64,000 bases of DNA from Azolla caroliniana (lineage: Eukaryota > Plantae > Polypodiophyta), in NCBI GenBank assembly GCA_043228905.1, contig JBHGNT010000007.1, positions 13,144,001-13,208,000 on the forward strand. Direction: 5' to 3'. Every line of letters starts with the position of its first letter. Positions within the stretch are counted from its first letter, which is position 1. Position numbers and translations under genes: made by a program. This document shows positions 1-12,436 of the stretch, piece by piece. The notes beneath the pieces are model-generated. The model saw only the letters and a program-made list of their open reading frames with translations. It did not search any database and had not been told where the DNA came from.

Positions 1-677
1 TCGTTTAGAGTCATAGAAAGAAAAAAAGGTCTATGTAATTGAGTTTTTAGTTAGGGTCTAAGAAGCTTGTATTGTTCTCCTAATGGTATAATATAACATT
101 CCTTTCGCTTCCTCTTCTCTTCTCTATCTTTTCTCGATCTCACTTCATCATTTACATTCTAGTCTTCCTCACCCATCCCCAAATGGCTAAGAATACCCTC
201 TTATTTATAGGTTTTTGGCTGCGTTATTCTTGCTTTCTTTTCTTTGCCTTTGAAATATCCTCGAGTTTATGTGAGGTGTTTTTATATATCACTATTTCTC
301 CTCTATAATCCCAAATTTTTCATACAAGATATTTTTGGAAAGCTCTCGTTGTTAGCTTTTCTATGAATCTTTTCTTTTGAAATTTGGATATCGAATGAAA
401 ACGTTATGATCTTTTTCTCTACCTAAATATTCATATCCACGCCTTTGCTTTTTTTCCTTTCGAAAAACGTCTCTAACTTTATATCCCTTCAAGTTCCTTT
501 CTCCTTTAATATTTGATCCTTTATATCGCACTTTATTCTTAGACATCTTAGCATCCAACGTGTTTGAAATTGTCTTTTCTTACGAACAAAAACTGACTTC
601 ACATAGAGCAAACTCTATGTCCTCTCATTCTTAAGTCAATAATGAAAACATACCATAAGGAGAAGATTAGGGACTAC

Positions 678-795
678 CTTTCCTTCTTTAATAAGGTCTT
701 GCATAGCTTGTAACTGTTCTATAAAAGGTACCGCATCTCTCCACTTTGATAAATCATAGAAGTACTCCCCAAACAAAGGAACATAACGATCTGGC
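678..795 (-). CDS. Aldo-keto reductase exon 5; gene continues beyond the left edge
   Basis: tgcag|G completes the Trp codon from exon 4, then PDRYVPLFGEYFYDLSKWRDAVPFIEQLQAMQDLIKEGK|gtagt; continuous AKR sequence HWPDRYVPLFG. Confidence 0.92.
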
Positions 796-1234
796 CTGCA
801 CAAACATAGGACGCAGACATTCATAGTACCTAATTATATATCATACTCAACAATCTCAAATTAACTCCTAAAAAAATAAATGCAAATCCAATGTACAATG
901 GTTGTGTGCAGAGAGGCACAATGCAGACAAAAGGATTCCCTAAGAAAGCTTTTTATCTATCATATATGAGATCAGCTATAAGAAATACAGATATGATATT
1001 ACCGAAGTATGAACCAGACTACAGGTACAAAGAACTAATAATCATGGAAAATTTCCAAAGATGGAAGAAAGAAATAGATATCATATAACACTTCAATGGC
1101 AGGGCCAGCAGCTCAGAAATAGAAGAATTAGAATTAGAATTAGAATTTTTTTTATCATCCATAAAGAGGCCAATTTCAACCTATGGGACCAAAGTATACA
1201 TGTGTTCTTGATATGTGTCTCCTTCCTAAGAAGG

Positions 1235-1387
1235 GGTATTCATACATTGAAGCACAAAGTCTCTATGTGTGAATAAAGCATACACATATGAGCTCAACCT
1301 TCTAGGTGGTGGTATTCATACATTGAAGCACAAAGTTTCTATGTGTGAATAAAGTATACACATATGAGCTCAACCTTCTAGGTGGTG
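1235..1387. repeat. 76-bp tandem duplication in intron 4
   Basis: ggtattcatacattgaagcacaaagt...ttctaggtggt starts at 1235 and 1311, about 2 mismatches. Confidence 0.9.
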
Positions 1388-1514
1388 TCTTAAGTATGGC
1401 ACTTAAGTTATCACTCCCTCTTAGTATGTCAGCATAGCTTGACTGAATTGCACTATATGTCGAGCATGTGAAGAAAGGTACAGTGCATTTCTATTGTACT
1501 AGAAGAAAGGTATA

Positions 1515-1790
1515 TTTCAAAACTGTTGCATTTACACAAACAAGTATTTGACCTGATGAAACAATTACTGTATTTTTGCTTAAGACTTTCACATCCAAGA
1601 AAGTAAAAAAAATCGATATCATACACCACTTCAATGTGATGGCAAAGCTAGTGCTAAGAAATACAAAGAAACAGTGCCTTGCTGATGTACTATAAGAAAG
1701 TCCAATGGTAGATTTCAAAACTGCTGTATTCACTCAGAAATATTTTTATCCTGATGAAACCATTACAGCATTTTTGCTTAAGATTTTCAC
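1515..1790. repeat. Diverged ~75-bp direct repeat pair, ~197 bp apart
   Basis: tttcaaaactg...cctgatgaaac...tttttgcttaaga.tttcac at ~1515 and ~1712. Confidence 0.7.
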
Positions 1791-2037
1791 TGTTAAGAAA
1801 GTATTATACTAATCATATTTGTGTCACAGAGTTTTTTACATTACAAATTGTACTATTTTAGAACTTACATGGTAGCTCTAGGTAAACTTATGCATTTAAT
1901 CAAACATTACATCCAAGGGAAATTAAAAAGGGTTCAATTTGTAACAAGTTGAAACAATTCATATTATTTAATCTTATATTTCAACCAATGATATTCTTTA
2001 CAATCCATGTCATTTCTATCCATCATCAAACTTCAGG

Positions 2038-2457
2038 ACTTTTCATTTCACCTCCAAAACCTTCTTTTAGAAACAAATGAAAAGAGTACATAGTTAGGTG
2101 CCTTAAATCAGAAATGGGGATTTCCAAAACACAATTCTCCCAATCTATACCCTTGTGGTAAGGACAACGTTATTCCAACTTTTCATTTCACCTCCAAAAC
2201 CTTCTTTTAGAAACAAATGAAATGAGTACATAGTTAGGTGCCTTAAATCAGAAATGGGGATTTCCAAAACACAATTCTCACAATCTATACCCTTGTGGTA
2301 AGGACAACGTTATTCCAACTTTTCATTTCACCTCCAAAACCTTCTTTTAGAAACAAATGAAATGAGTACATAGTTAGGTGCCTTAAATCAGAAATGGGGA
2401 TTTCCAAAACACAATTCTCACAATCTATACCCTTGTGGTAAGGACAACGATATTCCA
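2038..2457. repeat. 140-bp tandem repeat, 3 near-identical copies
   Basis: acttttcatttcacctccaaaacc...gtaaggacaacg(t/a)tattcca starts at 2038, 2178 and 2318. Confidence 0.95.
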
Positions 2458-2727
2458 GAAAACAATGTCATATTCCACATGAAAACGAATGTTCGGGATT
2501 AGTGAATCCTCCGTACTTACATGGGGCAGATGGACTTAATCAACAATACACTTGACACCACGATGGAGTGGATTTGGACCTCCACCCAAGCCAGTTACCT
2601 CCCCCTTCAACATCTTACCTTGTGTAAAACCTCCCAGCAACAGAAGAGTTACGATTCCAACATACCATGCAGTGGACTATATGGCTTTGAATTAGGCAAT
2701 TGTTGATAGGCTGACCACGGCAAGTAC

Positions 2728-5700
2728 TGTTACAAGCACGACCATATAATATCTCGTGGTAAGATTATACCATAGTATTCTATACACGTGGATAAGGTGT
2801 GAGGGTTAACCAAGAGTGTAAAGAAGGGAGGATTACTTTTAATCCTAGGGATTGAGACAACCCATTAAGGCCAAGTGTAAACTTACCTAGGGGCATTAGG
2901 TCTAGCTATAAATATGAGGGCTAGCTACCCTCATTTGATACATGATCGACTATGTCGAGACTCTACTCTTGTGGTGATCAACTCTTGTAGCAAGCACGCC
3001 AGTACCACGTACGACTCGATGCCATGGCGGTGGCATGGGATTCCTTCGGTCGGGGGTGATCAGGTGGATTGGCACCCTTCTTTCTCTCTCCTCTATTTTC
3101 TTATCTTATATTTTCTTATCATACGCTTACATTAGGATTAAGCTCCAACAGTTGGTATCCGAGCATTTTTTCTAATGTTTTCTTTGTTGATTTATTTTGT
3201 TTTGGATGGTGATCGATCGATATTCGTTCAAGATGATCTAGACAACTTAACAAAGAAACTTCACTACTTCCTTTCTTTCTTTTTTCTATTCTTTCTTCTC
3301 CCATTCTAACCATGTTTTAGTCGATATATAATAATTTCAATCATTAAAATATGTTGTAGTGGTAATTGTTTGATTGTATAAAACGTATATATGTATGCGT
3401 ATGAGGTCAATACCTCAATTGCCATGTATTTGATATACAATTTGTGTCATATGCGTAAGAGGTCAATACCTCGATTGCATATTATGTTCACTTACATATG
3501 TTACGTATGTGTATGAGGTCAATACCTCAATTGTTATATATTGGATATGCAATCAATGTCGTACACGTAAAAGGTCGATACCTCGATATCGTATTACATT
3601 CACTCTTGTTTTTTATGGATGTCGTGTTTGCTTAGAGGCTATATGCCTCAATTACGTATCTCGTTTACATCATTGATTGGTTTATGTTTGGTTAATGATT
3701 CTTTTATATATACAAATGTGATTACATGCATTCGTATGTGATCGTATACATGTCATAGACATATAGTGTATATATTAGTTATTTGTTACAAGATATTACT
3801 TGATCGATGGTTGTCTTTTGGAGTAAGGATCTTGGTGGCTGTCCTCACATTTTTGTGAGAATGGTGTAGTCACCATCCTTTTTTAACAAATTTATTTTGT
3901 TGTTATCCATGTTATCCCCGTTGGTCACCTCGATTTCGTGATATATAACAAAACAAGATTAGCCACAATCATATTGTGTGTGTAAGGGCTTGATCCACTT
4001 CATAAAGGTCAAAACACAGAAGTCTACAAAACCTATTACATAAATACTACACTTGATCTCGCCTTTAAGGAACTCAAGGAGCAAGTGTGCAAGGCTCTTT
4101 CGCTTCTTTTACCAGATCCTTCCCTTTTTAGGTTGAAACCAACGCAAGTGATTATGCTATAGTTGTTGTCCTATATCAAGATAGTAAACCAATAGCATTT
4201 GAGAGTAAGAAACTTGATTTTGTTCAATGTCGATATACGTGCAATAAAAAGAATTATTTACAATTATCCATGCACTAAAGTCATGGCACCATTATCTTTA
4301 TAGCAAATCGTTTTGTGGTAACTACAGACCACAAGTCCTTGAAATATTTTTGTGACCAACAAGACCTTAAGGGTCTTAAGGCACAATGGGCAAATCTCAT
4401 CCAGGACTTAGATTTTCCCATACGATATCATAAAGGTTCCATGAACACTGTCGTTGATGCACTTAGTTAACACACTTAGCTTCACTGAAATAACATTAGA
4501 TCTAAATGATCACCTTCGAGAAATGTATCCTGATGACAGTTATTTTACAAAATACTGAGCAAGAGTTGAGTTTGGAACAAACACCACCACACCCTTGACG
4601 GAATCCTTCCACATTGCTAACCCTTGAAGGTTTGTGTTCCAGATTTGCTTGAGGTCAAAAAGAGAACTCTTTTTTAATGCCATGATGCACCTTCAATAGG
4701 GCACCTTAAAATACATCGTACAGTTGTTCTCATCTCCACTCAATTCTATTGCTTAAGATGTGTCCTGACATACATAGCTATGTGACTAAATGTCACCCAT
4801 GTCAGGTTAACGAAGACAATCGGCTTAAAAGTCGTTGGACTTTTATATCCCTAAGAAATTCCTAACAATAAGTGAGAAAGTATATCCATGGATTTTATTA
4901 TTAGCCTTCCTCGCACCCAAAAAAGTCATGATACCATCTAGGTTGTGGTTGATAGGCTAACTAAAATGGCCAAATTTATTGTTACTAAAACCACGGTAAC
5001 CGCTCCTGAATTGGCTTACCAATTTGTTGATGAGTTATTTCGTTTTTATAGGTTACCAATGGATATCGTGAGTGATCGAGGTCCAAACTTTACTAGCAAC
5101 TTCTGGATGCAAGCCTTTAAGAAGTTAGAAACTACATTGAACATGAGCTCCACAAATCATCCTCAATCAGATGGACAAACATAATGAGTAAATCAAATTA
5201 TTGAAGACATACTTTGAGCATACGTTGGTGCAAAACCAACAAAATGGGAATGTTATCTCCCAATTTTAGAGTTTGTTTATTACAACTCCAAACATACATC
5301 GACGGGATATAGTCCTTTTATGTTGATGTATGATTTTCAACCACGAGCCCCGATTGATGTTAATATATACATCATGATGAGTTGCGAAGTACACAAAACT
5401 TTCTTCGGATATACAAGATATGTTGCATATTGCACAAAATAATACAAAAACAGCTCAAGATAGAGCACGTTTTTATGCCAACCATTATAGGCAACCTCGG
5501 GTATTCAATTCAAGATAGAAGGTAATTCTACATGTGTCTCACAATTCTAAAACATTGTCTATAGGTAAGTGTGTTAAGTTAGCACCATGGTTTTGTGGAC
5601 CTTTCATAGTTCTCAAACGCATTGGTTCATCAACCTATTGTCTCACTCGTCCTGATAGTGTCAAAATCCATGTAGTTTTTCATGTAAGTTGTCTAAAAGA

Positions 5701-6387
5701 ACTGCTTGGTTCTGATGACAATACAATCACAACTAAAACTCTAGTTACTCCTAAAGCTTTGGCTTCTAAACCACATGTACCAAAGAGAACTCTCGATAAC
5801 AAAATTTACGTTCTAAAATAATTCAAGAAATTAAAATTAAGTCTATAAGAGATGCTACATGGGAACAAAAAAATACTCTTAAAACTAACTTCCCTAACTT
5901 TCCATTGCAAGAGTGCAATGTTTTAAAGAGTATGTTACAAGCATGACCATATAATATCCCGTGGTACGATTGTACCGAAGTATTCTATACACGTGAATAA
6001 AGAGTGAGGGTTAACTGAGAGAGTGTAAAGAAAGGAGGATAACTTTTAATCCTAGGGATTGAGACAACCCATTAAGGCCAAGTGTGAACTTGCCTGGGGG
6101 CCTTAGGTCTAACTATAAATATGAGGGCTAGCTACCCTCATTTGATACACGATCGACTACATCAAGACTCTGCTCTTGTGGCAATCAACTCTTATAGCAA
6201 GCGCACCAGTACCAAGTACGACTCAATGTCACGACGATGGTATGGGACGTCGATCACGGCTCGAGTCCATCTCGATCCCTTCGCTCGGGGGTGATCGGGT
6301 GGATCGACACCCATCTTTCTCTCCCTTCTCTATTTTCTTGTCTTATATTTCCTCATCATACGCTTACATTAAGATTAAGCTCTAACA
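2728..6387 (+). mobile_element. Internally deleted, degenerate Ty3/Gypsy chromovirus-like LTR element in intron 4, antisense to the host gene
   Basis: LTRs 2728-3150 and 5933-6387 (TG..CA); TSD AGTAC; Met-tRNA-type primer binding site (PBS) tggtatccgagc at ~3153; RNase H, integrase (VDRLTKMAKF, IVSDRG, HPQSDGQT, GPF) and DATWE chromodomain remnants; no gag, protease or RT visible. Confidence 0.92.
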
Positions 6388-6649
6388 AGTACAATGTGGC
6401 ATTTCTGTCTCCAATCTTAAAAACCTCTGTCAGTACACAACATGCTTGCCAAGACAATGACCACAATGCACCAGGTCAAAGCAAAAGGCCCCATCACCAA
6501 GACATTATCAATTGGCAATGGTGTACGCACTCTACCATATCACCCTGCACCAGCGCAGTATCAACAATGTGTCAGCCGCTTGAAAGTATCCACTGCCACA
6601 GCAACTTCTGGTGGCTACATATTCACATAAGACGTTCCCATTAACATGT

Positions 6650-7150
6650 GGTGCATCAAGCTTACAAGCATTGTAGCCTTTACAAGGAGCATCAGCGATG
6701 TCCTAGTCTGACACCCGCTATTTCAGCAGCTCTTAAAGGAGTGATGAAGTGATCTAATGTAGGCCGAGATGGGAGCAATCCCAAGAACAAGAGAGATTTG
6801 GTGAGATTTTTAGTCTCCATGATTGCTTGCATGGTATGGAGCATTGCATCAATGCCTTGTGATATAATTTAGGCAGCGATGGGAGCAGCCCAATGCCCAA
6901 GGAACTATTCCAATCAGTTATATTTGATAGCTTCCAAAGCAAAGATACTTAAATTGGTAATTAATATCATCAAAAGTGGCAGAGCAAGGAGATATTCGTT
7001 GTAGATATGATGAAATCAAGAATGATTGAATCTACCCTTGTTCCAATATAGCTTGGATCGTTCATGCTTGGACATAACCAAAGTGGAAATTAATAGTGAC
7101 CCAAATTGATATCATTATATTAGATCATGAAAGAATGTAGATTAGCCCCA
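6650..7150 (-). pseudogene. Possible highly decayed LINE RT remnant
   Basis: Only short motif resemblances (FKYL near 6950; GSL.INFH-like near 7090). Confidence 0.25.
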
Positions 7151-8305
7151 CAACACTTCTAGATAGGAAGATGGCCCATTTATAAGGCTTGCTTTCACAC
7201 ACATAGCACAATGGAATTGTCATTATGGCTTCTTATTGGGAAACACATCTCTCATTCACATTGCAATGTGATTGGACAAATCATGATCTTCTCACATTAC
7301 TTAGAGATAGATTGCAAATATGTGCACGTATCTATATGTAGGAAGGGATCTACCAATTGTGACATCAGGATGTTGAATCATAGGAACACAATCATTGTAC
7401 TATTTTTTATCAAATAAGCGGGAGATACCACTGCCTCTTCGAGCACGGAATGAAATATGAAAACAGATGATGCCTAGGATTGTTCTTGTTAAAAGTCAAG
7501 AGACATGGAGAGCAATTGTTCAAGGACCAACAATACAACCACAACAGCTCATCAGCAAAGAGTTATCATAACTTTCTTTAGCTCCATTCCTCATCAAACA
7601 AGTTAATCAATGGTCATACAAGTAGAGTCTTGACCACAACATCCAAAGGGGGTTATGATAGATTGGGCAATAGAAATTTGTCATGCACATAGGTCATGAC
7701 CAAAAGGACCACGAAACCATCACCTTCTTTATCGACAAACAAAGGTAAATATCACTCAACACCAAACATTTTTCCCTTTCTTCGAATACTTCTCCATATT
7801 GAATCAGCTCATGTTAGAGGTCTTTCAAAAACAGAAGTTTCAGCCCATCTAAACTGGAAATGTTAACATGTTTAGCGAATGTCTAATGTCATTATTTGGT
7901 ATCTTAGGCAGTTTTACACTTTTAGCTATATTTATTTTGGATTGTTATATAATCTCTCATTCAATCTCATATGCCATTTGAGCCTCTTAAAAGAGGAGAT
8001 TTTATAGCTAGCTTTCACATTATTTTGTATATTCTTTGTTATTATAAACAAGAATAGATCCCTAATACAACATATGAAAGCTCAAGATTTCCTCCCAACT
8101 AACAATCCCCAATTCCAAGACCTATTAGCTAGACTGGAGGAGTAAATGTATACCATAAAACATTTAGCATAAATCTATCAATTACCTTGGGTTAGAGATA
8201 TGCACATAAAATTATTCTTTGATTGCTAGTTTGAAGAGTTCTTCCCAAGCATACAAAATAAGAAATTCATTCAATCAACAAATCAAAGGTCTAAACAAAA
8301 TATAC

Positions 8306-8466
8306 CAATGAATTTGAAGTAGATCAATATAATCAGTGCCCAAGCGCTTTAAGCTTCTTTCCACGCTCTCCTTGATATTGGCAGCATTCACACGTATACC
8401 ATTAGGATTAGCACGCAAACTAGTTTCACGCGTAGAATAGCCTGAAACTTTTGTTGCAACTATCAC
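8306..8466 (-). CDS. Aldo-keto reductase exon 4
   Basis: ttag|VIVATKVSG...SVERSLKRLGTDYIDLLQIH(W)|gtata; catalytic Lys and His motifs; ends in phase 2. Confidence 0.93.
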
Positions 8467-8720
8467 CTAAAACCTCCACAGGTCAGTAGTTAAATAAGTT
8501 ACTCTTTCTAAAACATTGAAATGAATTAGCTTGTTAAACAACATTGTGAGGCGGAAAAGTGTAGATTCTTAAACAATAGGTCATGCATTAAGAGTAAAAA
8601 TCCACAGCTTTGATAGCATATATAAGTATTCCCATTTGAAACCTGAGTTTAATTGAAATATTGTAGCCTAAACTGTATCTTCTATTACTTCAAGTTCGAG
8701 ACACTTAAACTTAAACAGAC

Positions 8721-8804
8721 CTTATCTCTTTGTCTTGTTTTCAGCCATGGATTGATAATTCTATCAGTATTGCCTTCCGTCTCCTTATTGGGTGGCACAG
8801 GATA
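8721..8804 (-). CDS. Aldo-keto reductase exon 3
   Basis: ctccag|YPVPPNKETEGNTDRIINPWLKTRQRDK|gtctgt; 84 bp; begins with the catalytic Tyr. Confidence 0.92.
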
Positions 8805-9350
8805 CTGGAGCAAAAAACTGGCACAATCGTCAATATGACCCAACAGTATTGAAATCGGAATAGAACACTTAAACAAAACAGTCCTTCACTGCTATGTTCA
8901 CAATATCAAAGAACCAAATTTTCCTGGCACAAAAGAACATTAATATTTACTTCTGCAAGTTTCTAAAATCAATTGATTACATTATCAGAAGGTATCTGGC
9001 ATAGACCAATATGCCTAAAAATATCATTGCTGATGACCAAATTTCCACAAAAATGGAAAAAATGGGAACTATAAGGCCAACTTGAGAAATAGAATAGGCA
9101 TATAGAAATATATCTAAATTACCACATTGAACTACGAACACAAACTCAAACATCAAAAGGAACATGAGAAATTTTGGATCTACATCATAATATGCTACCT
9201 ATCCAACCCATAAACCTAGTCTATTCAAAAGATATATTCAAATCAATGTTGTGTATAGCCTTTTGAGACTACTGTCTTTTATAGTTTAAGATAGGAAATT
9301 CTACAAAAAATAAGAATAACAAAATAAATTCCACATCTTCTGCAATTTAC

Positions 9351-9446
9351 CATTTCAGCTGTGTCGAGGATGTTGATGCCATGATCAAAAGCATAGCATA
9401 GCTGTTCATGAGCCTCTTTTTCTGTATTTTGTTTACCCCAAGTCAT
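9351..9446 (-). CDS. Aldo-keto reductase exon 2
   Basis: tttcag|MTWGKQNTEKEAHEQLCYAFDHGINILDTAEM|gtaaat; 96 bp, phase 0; carries the Asp of the AKR DTAxxY motif. Confidence 0.92.
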
Positions 9447-9849
9447 CTGAAATCAAAAAACAAGAATGAGAATGTGCATATGCATGTGATCTCTGACAGA
9501 ATAGACGTTCATTCATTTTATACGAATGCATCAGGAACATACATAAATAAGTAAAAAATGCAGTTAAAAGGACATCAAAAAGTCCCTTCCAAAGGACAGC
9601 AGAGACGTTTCCACTTTCGATATTCATGCCAAATCTTTTAAAATTAGGAAACCAAACTTTAAATCATTTATTACTCATCATTATTATGTTTTTTCATTAG
9701 AATGAGAAAATCAATAGAAGTCTGAACACTATATGTCCATATATGCATTCATATGTACATCCACATGTATAAAATGTATGTTTTGATTGTATGTGATGTC
9801 CTTAATAGCATACATACACACATCCCGTAAATACATTGCATTACTGGTG

Positions 9850-10200
9850 GTAAACCTTGGTGTGAGAGATAACCCTAGAAGAAAAGGTTGTAGGTCACTA
9901 TCTCGATCTGCAGACTAGAAAGATTCAACGAAGAGAGTATATACATGCTCCTTAAAATCTTTGAGACATGGTAAGAATGTAGAGATCGGCCAAGTGAATG
10001 CTTAAAAGCTTGATATGTGTTGATAATAGGTTGACCATAACGGTGTTGGTTATGTATGAGATATCGCATATTCTCCAAAGGATTCAGCGCTGGAGTTATG
10101 AGATGGAAACCGTATTCAGAGCATTATAGTAGAATACTTGCCATACAATACGCATTGGAGACATACGATTCAGAGATAATGTGTGATCTGCTGTTATAAG
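9850..10200 (-). pseudogene. Possible decayed LINE 3' end in intron 1
   Basis: SLNLSSLQIEIVTY resembles the RLSSHxLxIExGRY segment of LINE ORF2 C-termini. Confidence 0.25.
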
Positions 10201-10439
10201 ATGGATGATTGTGAACACATTCAGAGAACCAAAGTAAAGTTTCATCATAGTGTCCACATACACGTACAGGCATATATAAGTACAACCACAGTACAGTTTC
10301 ATCATCGTATCCACAAGAATATATATATATTCAGAATACAGGCAAAGATGCCTTGTTGCACAAAAGAAATGAAAGGAATCCCGTAAGGCAGCTACAATGT
10401 CATATACCGATCCCAATATCCTTCCTCTGATTATGATCA

Positions 10440-10900
10440 ACCTATCCACCCAGACATGCATCCACATAGTAACACATTCGTACAGTTCTCCATACATACG
10501 TACATACATACATAAATCAACCATCCATAAATATACTCGCGCAGTCATCCATCCATACATGCGTACCCATACATGTACACGGATCCATCCATCCATACAT
10601 ACATACATACCAATACATGTCCACAGGTCTACACATGCATGCATGCATATGACACACATATAAGCACATATACATATACCAGTACGTGCATACATACATG
10701 CACATACACAAACAAATCCACATATACCATATGTACATACCATACAGCCATACCGTACATACAAGAGTCAAGAACAAGACACACACACATAGTCATCTAT
10801 CCATACACCCCATACATACCTAACTACACATACACACATGTAAATATAATTACATAATCATAGACATCATATCTATACATACATACCTACCTATACAAAC
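10440..10900. repeat. Degenerate (TACA)/(TCCA)/(CA) simple-sequence tract in intron 1
   Basis: Visible catacatac and catccatcc runs; source of spurious Cys/Met/Tyr-rich ORFs. Confidence 0.9.
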
Positions 10901-10985
10901 ACAAGGATGAAAAGAAACACATACGGACACAGAGATATGTACTTACTATACGAAAAAGAAACATAGTATGAGGAAGACAACATAC

Positions 10986-11180
10986 CGTGCCAAGAGTGAT
11001 CTCGCTAATCAAGAGGTCAGAGTCTCCAAGGCGATTGTATTTTAGAGCAGTATGACGAGGAGGTGCAGAAGTCATTGCCCTGACGATAGTTTTTGAAGTA
11101 GAGGAGGAGGAACAGAGACGAGAGGAACGGCGAGGAAGAGGAGAGGATGCAATGCGCCATGGGCACACAGAAGAAACCAT
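10986..11180 (-). CDS. Tas-like aldo-keto reductase (NADP-dependent oxidoreductase, probably plastid-targeted), coding exon 1
   Basis: Ser/Arg-rich transit-peptide-like N-terminus, then the AKR start motif LKYNRLGDSDLLISEITLGT; 65 codons followed by a GTATG donor. Confidence 0.9.
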
Positions 11181-11204
11181 GGTGGTGATGGATGAAGAAT
11201 ATGC

Positions 11205-11206
<2 letters not shown>

Positions 11207-11256
<50 letters not shown>
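11207..11256. repeat. (CT)n/(GA)n microsatellite ~27 bp upstream of the AKR start codon, probably in the 5' UTR
   Basis: Perfect dinucleotide run of ~50 bp. Confidence 0.95.
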
Positions 11257-11260
<4 letters not shown>

Positions 11261-12367
11261 CGCCGCTATAAGTAAGTAAGAAGCGAAGTTGTATGTATGT
11301 ATGTATGTATCACGAAAATATTTTGGTCCACACCCTCGTCGCAAGTTCGATTTTTAGATTTGATCCGTAAGTTTTTCTTTTGTTGTTTTTCATATACATA
11401 CAGAAGTGGTTTGTTTAATGTTAATAGGAAAAGTTTGTTTTCTTATGCAAAAATGTTCACTAGTTAACATCGTTAAGGACGAACATAATTGTGGGGAAAA
11501 CAAACCACCACAAACACGCCAAATGATCACCTAAGACCGATTATGGTACCAACATTTCAAACTTTTGGTGGACAGACTCTCCTACCACAAAATTAGAGCT
11601 AATGACCAAGTGTTAAAAGTCTATTACTTATCAATTGACCAAATTGAAGTAAAATAAAGGTGAATAGATTGGACAGAAGAACTCATTCCCGACCATCCCC
11701 GAGCTATGATCAAGACATAGACAACTTACCACCAACGTCCCATACTGACAGATATTAGGATGACAAATACCTTGGAAGAGATAAAACGATTGTCGCATCG
11801 AAAACCTAGCCCACACCACTGGTATCTTAAGACAATGGTCTTCCGATATAATGTGTTTTATGAGGTAGTTAGGCCTCTTATTTATACCACTTCCTAGGCC
11901 TCTCGATTGAATTTGCTTTTCTAAAAGACTCTCCATTCATTTGTTGTCAAGATCAGGATATTGCGTGCTCCTATCATTCCTCTATCCAATCACATTAGCT
12001 CCTTTCCAACATTAGTGAACATATCCTTCACTTATGCTTTGTAAATATTAGTGATCCACCCTCGCCTACATTATGTGTACATAACATACTCCCATGCTTC
12101 AAAAGATTGCAAGCGAGGAAACTGTGCCTTGAGAGTATTCTCTCATTTACAGGTGGCATCGTTAATAGGTTTATCCATCCATTTGGTCTTGAATTGGTGA
12201 ATTTGTTAGAACATAAAAGTTTAGTTCTAGAATCAGGAATTCGTTTTGGAACATAAAGTTTGTAAAGACAAATCCTCTAATGTTACAAGATCCTTTGTTG
12301 TGATGGTGTTATCACCAAAGCCTAAAAATAGTTTTAGGCGACTAACATGAAAGTGCCATGGACACGA

Positions 12368-12436
12368 TGGAATTAGGGGATTGAACCCATGACCTCTTGG
12401 TCTTATTGGGCAACCTTACCAATTGAGCTACATCCA
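12368..12436 (-). promoter_or_regulatory. tRNA-like Pol III A-box/B-box cassette in the LTR of A
   Basis: Minus strand TGGATGTAGCTCAATTGGTAAGG...GAGGTCATGGGTTCAATCCCCTAATTCCA; shortened copy at ~57232-57280. Confidence 0.7.

Noticed and set aside
2038-2457. 140-bp repeats as CRISPR or RNA gene array
   Set aside because: Head-to-tail identical units without unique spacers or RNA gene motifs.
3395-3655. CRISPR-like array of palindromic repeats
   Set aside because: Spacers are homologous to each other, the array lies in a plant retrotransposon leader, and there are no cas genes.
10096-10857. Cys/Met/Tyr- and His/Thr-rich ORFs
   Set aside because: Translations of a simple-sequence tract inside intron 1.
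11450-12340. Possible coding or TE remnant upstream of the AKR gene
   Set aside because: No motif could be identified with confidence.
12368-12436. Functional tRNA gene
   Set aside because: Anticodon arm and acceptor stem do not form a canonical cloverleaf, and it is part of an LTR; reported as tRNA-like instead.
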